Below, piece after piece: positions 28,524 to 36,631 of a stretch of 64,000 nt of DNA (positions are counted from its first letter, which is position 1; every line of letters starts with the position of its first letter). This DNA is from an uncultured bacterium (lineage in GTDB: Bacteria > Bacillota_I > Bacilli_A > RFN20 > CAG-826), in contig CASFCI010000003.1 of the NCBI GenBank assembly GCA_949293175.1, forward strand, positions 78,899-142,898, given 5' to 3'. The notes beneath the pieces are model-generated. The model was not told the DNA's origin and ran no database searches. It was given only the letters and a program-made list of their open reading frames with translations. The position numbers were made by a program, and so were the translations under genes.

Positions 28524-30650
28524 ATGCCAAAGGCCCGCACCACCCTTAGCCTTGCCGAGCGGGCATACCTAAGGAAGATAAAAACCCTGCTCACCCAAAG
28601 CGCCTCATTCTATGAGCTGCTGCTTTCGCTGCGCCAGGAGAGGAACACCTACCTCGCCCAGAAGTCGCGCCTCGAGGCCAAGTCCATCGACCCCTCCTTC
28701 ATCGACGAGCTCGAGAAGGGGTTCGACGCCATCGACGCGATCATCAAGAACCCCCGCACCTTCATCAAGGAGGACGACGTGCTGGTCGAGGCCGGAAGGG
28801 CCAAGCGGATCTCGCCCCGCTCGATAAGCCATCTGGCATCCCACACCCAATACGTCCATAACGTCGACGATGACGGCAACGTCACCCCGGAGAAGCTGAT
28901 GGTCCCGGAGTCCGACATCGACTACTGGATCTACGAGAACCGGTTCATCATGACCCTGATCAAGAAGTGCTCGGTCTTCATCCAGAAGAGACTTCTCTTC
29001 ATCAAGGACCATGGCGAGACCCGCGATTCCGAGGTGCTGCTGCTGCACACCGACCACAATGTCGGCGAGGTCAAGTACGAGGTCGACACCAGGATCAAGC
29101 TTTCCTGCGCCTCCACCGACTCGGGCAAAGCCAAGGTCAACGAGGACCTCTTGATCCGCCTCGCCAAGCTGCGCGAGCGGGTCGCCTACTTCGCCTCCTC
29201 GCCCTTCATGTCGGCCATGAAGGGGGCCAAGGAGGTCGCCAACCCGATCCACCCCACCAACCTGCTGGTCAAGAACCCGGAGTACAAGAAGGCCCTCGCC
29301 CTATGGAAGTTCATCGACTCCTACAAGGAACTCGGCATCGAGGTCTCCGTCAAGGAGGACAGCAAGAAGTTCAAAGACGACTACGTCGAGACGCTTTGCT
29401 CGCTTTTAGCCGCCTCGATCGTCACCCTCGAGGGGAACCTCGTCAAAGACGACGAGGTCAAGGCCAAGTCGACGAAGAAGAAGATAATCCCGAAGGTGCT
29501 CTTCTCGCTTGAGGACGAGACCTTCTACGACGGCCGCTTCCTCTACGACCAGTTCCCGCTCCGCGAGCGGAAGAAGATCAGCCCGCTCTACCCGACCGTC
29601 GAGGAATCGAAGGCCTACCGGGAGGAGTTGGAGCGCAAACGGGCCGAGGACAAGGCCAAGAAAGCCATCGTCGAAGCCGAGATCGAGCGCGCCAAGGAAC
29701 GCGAGATCGAGCTGCAGGCAAGGGCCAACCGCAAGATGCTAGAGGAACAGAGGAAGCAGGACGAGCGCGAGCTCATCCGCGCCGCCATCGAGGCCGAGAA
29801 GGCCAAGCTTTCCGAGCAGCTAGAGGCCAAGCGGAAGGCCGATCGGGCCGCCGAGGAGGAGCTGCGCAAGCTGCGCAAGGCGAGGATCATGATCGTCGAG
29901 GCCGGCAAGAAAGACCGCGCCGGAGAAAAGCCCGCCCCGAAGAGCAGCGACGGCTTCCCCGACGAGACCCCAATCGTCGTCGAGCAGACCCCGATCATCG
30001 CCTCCACCCCCGAGGAGCAGGGCATAAAGACCACCGTCGGCAAGCCCAAGCGGGTCCGCCGCACGGCCAAGAAAGTCACCAAGAAGGCCAAGCCGGCCAA
30101 GAGGGTAGAGGAAGAGAAGCCGCTGGAAGCGGAGACTGTTTCGGAATCGCCCGTCGAAGAGGAGCCAATCAAAGAGGAGGCCCCAAAGCAAGAGGACGTC
30201 GCCGCGATAATCTCCAGCGCCCCGGAAGAGGAACTGGCCAAACAGCAGTCCGCGCCCGCGGTGGAAGAGTCCGCCCCAATAGCCGAGGAGGCTCCCAAGG
30301 AAGAGACAAAGCCGGCGGAGGAGACCGAGCAAAAGCAGGATTCTTCAGAAGGTAAGGCCGAGGATAAAACCCCAGGCGAGCCCGAGGAAGAAGCCAAGGC
30401 CGAGCCGGAAAAGCCCGCAGATTCCAAGGATTCGGAGCAGGAAAAGCCCCAGGATTCAGCCTCGGAGAATAAGCCCGAGGATAAGAGGAAGAAGAAAGGC
30501 AAGGCCGCCCGCAAAGCCAAGAAAGAGGAGAAGAAGGCCGAGGAAGCCGCTAAGCCCAGCAAGCCGACCTACACCACCCTCAAGACCCGCTCCAAGCGCG
30601 GCGGCAGGAGCTTCGTCGTCGACTACGCTAGGAAAGGCAAAAGAAGATGA
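28524..30650 (+). CDS. partner protein of the McrB-like ATPase; structured N-half, coiled-coil, long E/K/P/A-rich disordered tail
   Basis: The start codon lies 1 nt after the upstream stop. Residues about 1-340 are ordered. Then a coiled-coil segment (EELERKRAEDKAKKAIVEAEIERAKE...). About 250 aa of acidic, proline-rich low complexity follow, ending in a K/R-rich patch. A McrC-like nuclease motif could not be confirmed. Confidence 0.5.
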   Translation: MPKARTTLSLAERAYLRKIKTLLTQSASFYELLLSLRQERNTYLAQKSRLEAKSIDPSFIDELEKGFDAIDAIIKNPRTFIKEDDVLVEAGRAKRISPRSISHLASHTQYVHNVDDDGNVTPEKLMVPESDIDYWIYENRFIMTLIKKCSVFIQKRLLFIKDHGETRDSEVLLLHTDHNVGEVKYEVDTRIKLSCASTDSGKAKVNEDLLIRLAKLRERVAYFASSPFMSAMKGAKEVANPIHPTNLLVKNPEYKKALALWKFIDSYKELGIEVSVKEDSKKFKDDYVETLCSLLAASIVTLEGNLVKDDEVKAKSTKKKIIPKVLFSLEDETFYDGRFLYDQFPLRERKKISPLYPTVEESKAYREELERKRAEDKAKKAIVEAEIERAKEREIELQARANRKMLEEQRKQDERELIRAAIEAEKAKLSEQLEAKRKADRAAEEELRKLRKARIMIVEAGKKDRAGEKPAPKSSDGFPDETPIVVEQTPIIASTPEEQGIKTTVGKPKRVRRTAKKVTKKAKPAKRVEEEKPLEAETVSESPVEEEPIKEEAPKQEDVAAIISSAPEEELAKQQSAPAVEESAPIAEEAPKEETKPAEETEQKQDSSEGKAEDKTPGEPEEEAKAEPEKPADSKDSEQEKPQDSASENKPEDKRKKKGKAARKAKKEEKKAEEAAKPSKPTYTTLKTRSKRGGRSFVVDYARKGKRR

Positions 30651-31432
30651 GGAAGTGGATCAGCTACACCATCAACGGCCTGCTCATCGCCCTGGTGGCG
30701 TTCTTTGCCTATTGCCAGATCTCGATGGTCGCCTCGATGGGTAGCAACTACGGCGTGCCCTCGGTATTCGGCTATTCCTTCCTCTACGTCGCGACCGACT
30801 CGATGGAGGGCGACCTGCCCGATTCGCTGCCGGTCGGCTCGGGCATCGTCATCAAGGACGAGGGGCCGGAGAACGTGCAGGTCGGGGACATCATCACCTT
30901 CTATTACCCCGAGCTCGGCGCGACCGACACCCACCGCGTCCACGAGATAGAGCGCAACCAGGACGGGACCCTCACCTTCTATACTAGGGGCGACAACCTC
31001 AACGCCCAGCTTTCCGGGGGATCCTGGAGCGAGGACTACCGCGAGGTGGTGCCGGAGTCCAATTACGTCGGCACGGTCGTATACAGCTCGCTGCCTTTCG
31101 GGAGCTTCCTAACCTACGTCAGCCCCCAGGTCCCCTCGGAGAAGAGCCATTCCAGCTGGGTGTTCCCGCTGCTGATCGTCACCCCGCTTTCCATCGCCGC
31201 CGTCTACTCCATAGCCGACATGGCCATCAAGCTGCGGAAAGAATCCAAGGCCGAGAAGGAGGAGCTCGAGCAGGCCAAGAAGCAATCCGGCATCGACTTA
31301 AACGACGAAGCCGCCGTTTTGGCCTTCGAGGAAAAGTGGCATTATAAGAAGGAGCTTCGCGAGGACATGCAGAAGCAGAAGGAAAAAGAGCTCCGAAAAT
31401 TAAGGAAAGAGCTTAGGAGGGAGAGAAGATGA
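30647..31432 (+). CDS. sipW: signal peptidase I, SipW/archaeal type (S26B)
   Basis: YVATDSMEG (SGSMEP-like catalytic Ser box), GDIITFYYP...THRVHEI and FYTRGDNLNAQ align with B. subtilis SipW motifs. C-terminal TM helix. ATGA overlap with the upstream gene. Confidence 0.75.
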   Translation: MRKWISYTINGLLIALVAFFAYCQISMVASMGSNYGVPSVFGYSFLYVATDSMEGDLPDSLPVGSGIVIKDEGPENVQVGDIITFYYPELGATDTHRVHEIERNQDGTLTFYTRGDNLNAQLSGGSWSEDYREVVPESNYVGTVVYSSLPFGSFLTYVSPQVPSEKSHSSWVFPLLIVTPLSIAAVYSIADMAIKLRKESKAEKEELEQAKKQSGIDLNDEAAVLAFEEKWHYKKELREDMQKQKEKELRKLRKELRRERR

Positions 31433-33021
31433 ACCAATCCCAGAAGCTTAGCCTAGGCCTATTCGCCGGGCTCGCCTGCCTCGACGCCGCCTGCTTCGCG
31501 GCCTTGATAAGCCTGTTGTCGCTCTCGCTTTCCTCCGGCCGCCCGGTCGCCGGGGACTCGCTTTGGGCGGTGCTCTGCCTATCGCTCTCATTCGCCATAT
31601 TGACCATCGGGTCTTTGTTCCCCCTATCGAGATTCATGACATCGTCGCTGAAGAGCAAGCGCATCAAGGAGATATTCGGCGAGGACCTTCCGATCTTCAC
31701 CCCAAAGCAGCTCGCCAGGATGGCAAGGAGGGCCAAGGCCGACGGCAGGAAGAACAAGCTGATCTGCCTCATGGTCTCGGTCAAGGGGCCGTCGAACTCA
31801 TCGGTTTCCTCGATGCAGAAGGAAAACGCCATCAAGGCCATGCGGCATTCCTACGATTTCCTCCGCGATAAATTGCCCTACGCCACGATCGGCTATTCGA
31901 TAATCGGCGGGTTCACCCTGCTCGAACTTGTCGAGGATGAGGCCGAGCGCCTCGACGAATACCGGGCCATCGTGCTCGAGCTTTCCTCCTCGCTGCAGAA
32001 CACCGGGGCCTTGCCCTACGCCTATCTTTTGGCCGGTGAATCCCGAAGGCTGGTAGAGAAGGGCAGGCGCATCGACGGCAAAGCGCTGCTGCAGGAGGCC
32101 GAATACGCCCTCCGGCATTCCGCCAACAACCGCCTTTCCTGCGACCTGCAGCCGTATAGCCCCTCCCTTCAGGAAGACGACGCGGCCCTGCACTGGCTCG
32201 ACACCGACCTCTCCTCCGCCATCGAGCGCGGCGAATTGATCGTTTTCTACCAGGCCAAGCGCTCGCTTAGAAGCGGCGGCTACTACGGGGCCGAGGCGCT
32301 GATCCGCTGGAAGCACCCCCGGAGGGGCCTATTGCCGCCATCGGTCTTCGTGCCCTATTGCGAATACTCCGGACGCATCGTCGAGATCGACCACTTCGTT
32401 TTCCTCTCCGCCTGCAAGGCAAAGCAGGAATGGGCCAAAGCCGGGAGGAAGCCGCTCACCATATCGGTCAACCTATCCCGCCGGACGGTATATGACCCCG
32501 GGCTGCTCGACTTCCTTTCCAGCACCGTCGAGAAGTACGGCGTCGACCCATCGGAGATGGAGCTTGAGCTAACCGAATCCCTCGCGGCCGAGAACCTGGT
32601 CTTCATCTCCTCGGTCATCAAGCGCATCAAGGAGCTCGGATTCAAGACCTCGATCGACGACTTCGGGATCGGCTATTCCTCGCTAAGTGCCCTCAAATCG
32701 ATACCTTTCGACGTCCTCAAGATAGACAAATCGTTCATCGACGACCTCGAGATCGAGAAGAAGTCCCGCGACATGGTCGGGTCGATCATCTCGCTGGTCC
32801 ATGCTTTAGGAATGAAGGTCGTGGCCGAGGGGGCCGAAAGCCTGAAGCAGGTCGAGATACTCTCCTCGCTCGGGGCCGATGGCATCCAGGGATACTACTT
32901 CTCCCGCCCGCTACGCAAAGACGCCTTCGAGGCGCTGGTCGAGGAAGACGAGGCCAGGCGCAGGAAGAAGGAGAAAGACGACCGCGATCGGCGCAAGGCC
33001 GAGAAGGAGGCAAGGCAATGA
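31429..33021 (+). CDS. membrane-anchored c-di-GMP phosphodiesterase (degenerate GGDEF + catalytic EAL)
   Basis: N-terminal TM region. The GGDEF position carries IGGFTLLE. EAL motifs are intact: EALIRW, ELELTES, DDFGIGYSSL, KIDKSFI, VAEGAES, QGYYFSRP. Confidence 0.8.
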   Translation: MNQSQKLSLGLFAGLACLDAACFAALISLLSLSLSSGRPVAGDSLWAVLCLSLSFAILTIGSLFPLSRFMTSSLKSKRIKEIFGEDLPIFTPKQLARMARRAKADGRKNKLICLMVSVKGPSNSSVSSMQKENAIKAMRHSYDFLRDKLPYATIGYSIIGGFTLLELVEDEAERLDEYRAIVLELSSSLQNTGALPYAYLLAGESRRLVEKGRRIDGKALLQEAEYALRHSANNRLSCDLQPYSPSLQEDDAALHWLDTDLSSAIERGELIVFYQAKRSLRSGGYYGAEALIRWKHPRRGLLPPSVFVPYCEYSGRIVEIDHFVFLSACKAKQEWAKAGRKPLTISVNLSRRTVYDPGLLDFLSSTVEKYGVDPSEMELELTESLAAENLVFISSVIKRIKELGFKTSIDDFGIGYSSLSALKSIPFDVLKIDKSFIDDLEIEKKSRDMVGSIISLVHALGMKVVAEGAESLKQVEILSSLGADGIQGYYFSRPLRKDAFEALVEEDEARRRKKEKDDRDRRKAEKEARQ

Positions 33022-33740
33022 TACTCATCGTCGGCGAAGACCAGGACGCCTTGCTCTACCTGCGCAACCGGCTAAACCTCGCCCGGGAGGAGAACATCAA
33101 CGACTACCTCCACGCCGCGGTTGGGACGCTCGGCGAGGAGAAGGTCGCCGTCTCCTGCGTTGGCATCGGGCTCAGCTTAGTCGGCATAAACACCGCCACC
33201 CTGCTTTCAGTATACGATCCGTATCTGGTCATCAACATCGGCTGCGTCGCCTCCATCAAGGGGACGCTCCACCAAGGCGACATCTTCATCCCCGAGCGCT
33301 ACTACGTCGAGGGCATAGACTATTCCGGCGACGGCAAGACCATATCCGGGCAGCTCCCGGGCCTGCCGCCTTTCTTCCTAACCGAGCCTAGCCTCGCCGA
33401 GAAGGCCGAATCAATCGGGTATGAGCTGGGCGGCAAATTCATTGAGCGCGCCTCCTTGCTAAGCGGGGACATGCGCCTGCTCGATGAACCAGAGTACCAG
33501 CAGAAGCTCAAGATGAGGTACGCCGGCTACTCGAGGCTCACCTGCTACGACAACTCCTCGTACGGCGTTGCCTTGGCCTGTTATCTCCGCAAAACCTCGC
33601 TTCTTTCGATAAAAGCCGTCAATTACGAGGCCAATGCCGTCTCCGAGCGGCTCAATTTCCGCCGCAAGGGACTCGAGGCGATGCCCTTCATCGGGCGCCT
33701 AGTGGCCGGGCTGCTGCTTAGCCTGTCGAAGGGCCGTTGA
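33018..33740 (+). CDS. purine nucleoside phosphorylase/MTA-SAH nucleosidase family (PNP_UDP_1) protein
   Basis: MILIVGEDQDA..., VAVSCVGIGLSLVGINTATLL..., YLVINIGCVAS and QGDIFIPE parallel MtnN motifs (MKIGIIGAMEEE / SGIGKVAAA / VINTGSAG / VGDIVVSD). It is the last gene of operon 1. Confidence 0.55.
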   Translation: MILIVGEDQDALLYLRNRLNLAREENINDYLHAAVGTLGEEKVAVSCVGIGLSLVGINTATLLSVYDPYLVINIGCVASIKGTLHQGDIFIPERYYVEGIDYSGDGKTISGQLPGLPPFFLTEPSLAEKAESIGYELGGKFIERASLLSGDMRLLDEPEYQQKLKMRYAGYSRLTCYDNSSYGVALACYLRKTSLLSIKAVNYEANAVSERLNFRRKGLEAMPFIGRLVAGLLLSLSKGR

Positions 33741-33765
33741 CGGATTTTATATGTAATATAAAAAC

Positions 33766-33793
33766 TTGATACGCTCCCGTATAAGTGTAGAAT
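33766..33793 (+). promoter_or_regulatory. candidate sigma70 promoter TTGATA-N16-TAGAAT for fibre operon 2
   Basis: It sits in an AT-rich spacer directly upstream of the second riboswitch-like leader. The geometry mirrors copy 1. Confidence 0.3.
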
Positions 33794-33797
33794 GAAC

Positions 33798-33875
33798 TCG
33801 ACAAAGGCAAACCTAGAGCGATCTAGGGGCGCAAAACTACAGGGCCTCTCCGAGGCAGCCAGGTGCCACTAATCC
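33798..33875 (+). ncRNA. candidate c-di-GMP-I (GEMM-like) riboswitch aptamer, copy 2
   Basis: aaaGGCAAACC followed by hairpin TAGA-GCGA-TCTA (GNRA loop). Then GGGGCGCAAAACTACAGGGCC, hairpin GGCCTC-tcc-GAGGC, and AGCCAGG. 18 of 19 identical to copy 1 over GGCGCAAAACTA(A/C)AGGGCC. It overlaps the tracked GTG start at 33863, which argues for the ATG at 33887. Confidence 0.5.
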
Positions 33876-33886
33876 AAAGCAAGACT

Positions 33887-36625
33887 ATGGCCACCTGTTC
33901 CTTCAAAACGAAATTAGCCCTATCGCTCACCGCGGCTTTTTCGTTTTTCGCCTTGGTCTTCTCCGTCGGCGGCATAACCTTGGCGGCCTACCTAAACGCC
34001 ATCGAGGCCGAGTATTCCAACAAGATCGGTTTCCGCGATCTGGGACAGTACTTCAACGGTGTCTCTACCGATTCCAATACTGGCAAGACAACCTACCAGA
34101 TAAGCAATGCGGATGAGTTCCGAAACCTCCAGATGCTGGTTTCGCTTGGGCTATTTGATGAAGATGACATATTCAATTTGACCTCCGATATCACCTGGAG
34201 TGGAACCGCCATGGCCCCGATCGGATCCGACGACATGCCGTTCAACTCGACCTTCAATGGCTGCGGGCATACCATATCCAACCTTCAAATCGCTTGTTCG
34301 GACGGGCGCGATGCCGGCCTTTTCGGGTATACCTCAATCAACAGCGAAGTGAAGAACCTCATCTTGGCAAGTCCCACCATCACCATCAATGCAAATTCAA
34401 ACGGTGGCAACGAGGTTTCGGGGTCACCGATTGAAGCGGTTTTGTCTACGGCGGCCAAAGGCATGCCAGAGATCGTGTTCTCAAATCCGGGTCAAGAAGT
34501 CACCGGAAGCATAAACGTCATCAACGATTCCGATAAGTCTCAATCCACCATCAAGGGATTCCCGCCAACCGTGCAAGACATCAACGGGAATTCTTACGAG
34601 GTCATATATGAATCGTCTGACGAAAACCTCATCAAAGCCCAGGGCGATGGATCTTTCCTGACTTTCAAAACTGAGACCGCGGCACCGAATTACGATCTTT
34701 TCGCCTGCACAATTACTTCCAAGGTTAAATACTTAATTGACGATAGGTTCGGATATTACGTTCTTGAACGTTATCAGTTCAACGTGTTGGGGAACGGCTT
34801 AGTCACAACTACCACAGATCAAGACGGCAACCACATGGGGGCGTTTAAGACAATCCACCCAAGCAACAACGAGCACAAAACATACGCCGGTTTTTTCATT
34901 GGGCACTGTGATGGAAAAGCCAATCATCTTGGTCTTGTTGGTGACGATGAGCAAGGCAATTTCAAAGCTAAATTAGTTATTAACGAAGGCTCCAGAAAGT
35001 ATATTTATTCATCAAGAGTCTTGATAGGGATGACAAGAAGCGACAACCCAATTGATGCCTCCGCCGGCGAATCAATGAGTATTACCTATGACTTTGATTC
35101 GCCAATCACCGAAGCGAATGTCACGAATGGCCCTACTGGAGAAATGTGGGTAAAAGACATAGAATCCGGATACGCAAATGCAAGTTATGCCTATGGGTCA
35201 AATTATTTAACTAACGAAGACCCGTATGATACCGGAAACGATAAAGATGTTAACCACCAGTGGGAAAACGCTGAGCTTCTAACCAAACCATACATTCCAA
35301 ACACAACCATTAGGGAATATTCGAAAATCTTTCCAGGCAGTAAACCATCCGCCGCGGAAGGGCCAAGCGGAACCAAACAAGCGACCAATTATTTTGCTAA
35401 CGTCAAACTCCCAGAATCCGATGAAACGACCAATAAAAGTTCATTCTTCGGCCTAGTTTTGGATGGTGGTTTAGGCGCCGGGACGATGACGCAAGTCGTT
35501 CATAAAGGAGGGTTGTTAAACTCCTATAGACGATGGGTAAGGGGCATATATGCAAATAACGGAATATGGCTTTGGTCAACAAAGAACCTCAGTCCTCTAT
35601 TCGGGGAAAACCTATTCTATATAAACATCAGGATTTCGTACGTTGCAACAAGAACTGGGGGCAATGAAGGACAAAACAGTTTTCAGATACTCGCAAATGC
35701 CTACAATCCCGAAGTAATATCAGGCGAAAATGAAGAACTGACTGGATCTTATGCGCAAAACTTATTTTGGCAGGACCTCCACTCTCCATACAATTACCAT
35801 CTCCAAAAGCAGGATTCTATGTACGATCCAACAAATTATCCAATCATAGACGATGGGAAGCTTCACTCGGCTGTTATTACATTGAAAATAGATCAAGACA
35901 ACAACAACTTTTTGGGTTCGATTTTCCAATCGTGGTTTGGAAACGAAAACTCCGAGATTCGATATCCAATGCTTGCAATAGGCATGGGTTCAAACCAAAA
36001 TCCGGACAGCATAAACGATTCTACGATGCGATACTATGCTGACATATATGAAGAAGAAAATTTAGTTGGCGATTCTCATTTTTTAACTTACGAAAGCAAT
36101 AAATTCGGATCTAATGGAAATGAAGACATAGGGAATTATTTATATGCCGCTTCCCTAATAGATGTTGGACTGGCCACTTATGGATATCAAACTTTCCAAA
36201 GAAACGGGGACGATACATTCCTTGGCTTGCCGAATTTGTCTCAAAGGTACCGAGATCACGAACGAGGCTATTTTAATTCTTATTTTACTGTAGAAAACGG
36301 CACCAAACTTTATATCAAGGATTTCCAAATGACCTTTACAAACAGGCAAGGAAACACCGAAGACATCATTTATGATGTCGATTATATTAATTCGCGAGAT
36401 CTCCCGATTTTTGAAGCTAATGCCTATTCTTACTGGCCAAGTTCGAGCAACGTATTGGTTGCATTCGACATAGACGGAAGTCAGGGGAACGAAGCTGTTT
36501 CTTTCTCTTTCTACCGGAATGCAAATGGCACGATATTTGGCAACTCCAGTAACACGAATGCTGGCTATGGTTTGACCAATTCTGGCGGAACGGGCTACAC
36601 CGACGCCACCTTGACGCAGGGGTAA
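33887..36625 (+). CDS. large secreted adhesin-like protein (SipW-cognate-like signal; GLUG/parallel beta-helix-like N-domain), AT-rich body
   Basis: N-terminus MATCSFKTKLALSLTAAFSFFALVFSVGGITLAAYLNAIEAEY. The GLUG-type motif is PFNSTFNGCGHTISNLQIACSDGRDAGLFGY. About 910 aa with an N/T/G/Y-rich beta body. GC drops sharply about 200 nt into the gene. The alternative tracked start at 33863 (GTG) overlaps the leader. Confidence 0.6.
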   Translation: MATCSFKTKLALSLTAAFSFFALVFSVGGITLAAYLNAIEAEYSNKIGFRDLGQYFNGVSTDSNTGKTTYQISNADEFRNLQMLVSLGLFDEDDIFNLTSDITWSGTAMAPIGSDDMPFNSTFNGCGHTISNLQIACSDGRDAGLFGYTSINSEVKNLILASPTITINANSNGGNEVSGSPIEAVLSTAAKGMPEIVFSNPGQEVTGSINVINDSDKSQSTIKGFPPTVQDINGNSYEVIYESSDENLIKAQGDGSFLTFKTETAAPNYDLFACTITSKVKYLIDDRFGYYVLERYQFNVLGNGLVTTTTDQDGNHMGAFKTIHPSNNEHKTYAGFFIGHCDGKANHLGLVGDDEQGNFKAKLVINEGSRKYIYSSRVLIGMTRSDNPIDASAGESMSITYDFDSPITEANVTNGPTGEMWVKDIESGYANASYAYGSNYLTNEDPYDTGNDKDVNHQWENAELLTKPYIPNTTIREYSKIFPGSKPSAAEGPSGTKQATNYFANVKLPESDETTNKSSFFGLVLDGGLGAGTMTQVVHKGGLLNSYRRWVRGIYANNGIWLWSTKNLSPLFGENLFYINIRISYVATRTGGNEGQNSFQILANAYNPEVISGENEELTGSYAQNLFWQDLHSPYNYHLQKQDSMYDPTNYPIIDDGKLHSAVITLKIDQDNNNFLGSIFQSWFGNENSEIRYPMLAIGMGSNQNPDSINDSTMRYYADIYEEENLVGDSHFLTYESNKFGSNGNEDIGNYLYAASLIDVGLATYGYQTFQRNGDDTFLGLPNLSQRYRDHERGYFNSYFTVENGTKLYIKDFQMTFTNRQGNTEDIIYDVDYINSRDLPIFEANAYSYWPSSSNVLVAFDIDGSQGNEAVSFSFYRNANGTIFGNSSNTNAGYGLTNSGGTGYTDATLTQG

Positions 36626-36631
36626 ACATCG

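Noticed and set aside
29615-30562. 315-aa antisense ORF (S/A/L-rich) opposite the low-complexity tail of the 708-aa protein, and the 29820..30332 ORF
   Set aside because: They mirror the GAA/GAG/AAG/GCC repeat-rich coding strand. The sense-strand protein has a strong coupled start and coherent domain order.
29600-30600. Repetitive-looking nucleotide stretch considered as a tandem DNA repeat/CRISPR-like array
   Set aside because: There are no regular direct repeats with unique spacers. The periodicity is codon-level (E/K/P/A low-complexity protein tail).
26969-30650. Interpreting the AAA+ pair as a mobile McrBC restriction cassette
   Set aside because: The host-like GC content, the 1-nt and 4-nt overlap coupling into the sipW operon, the N-terminal TM anchor and the absence of a recognisable McrC nuclease motif all argue against a simple inserted restriction system. 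It is kept as a finding instead.
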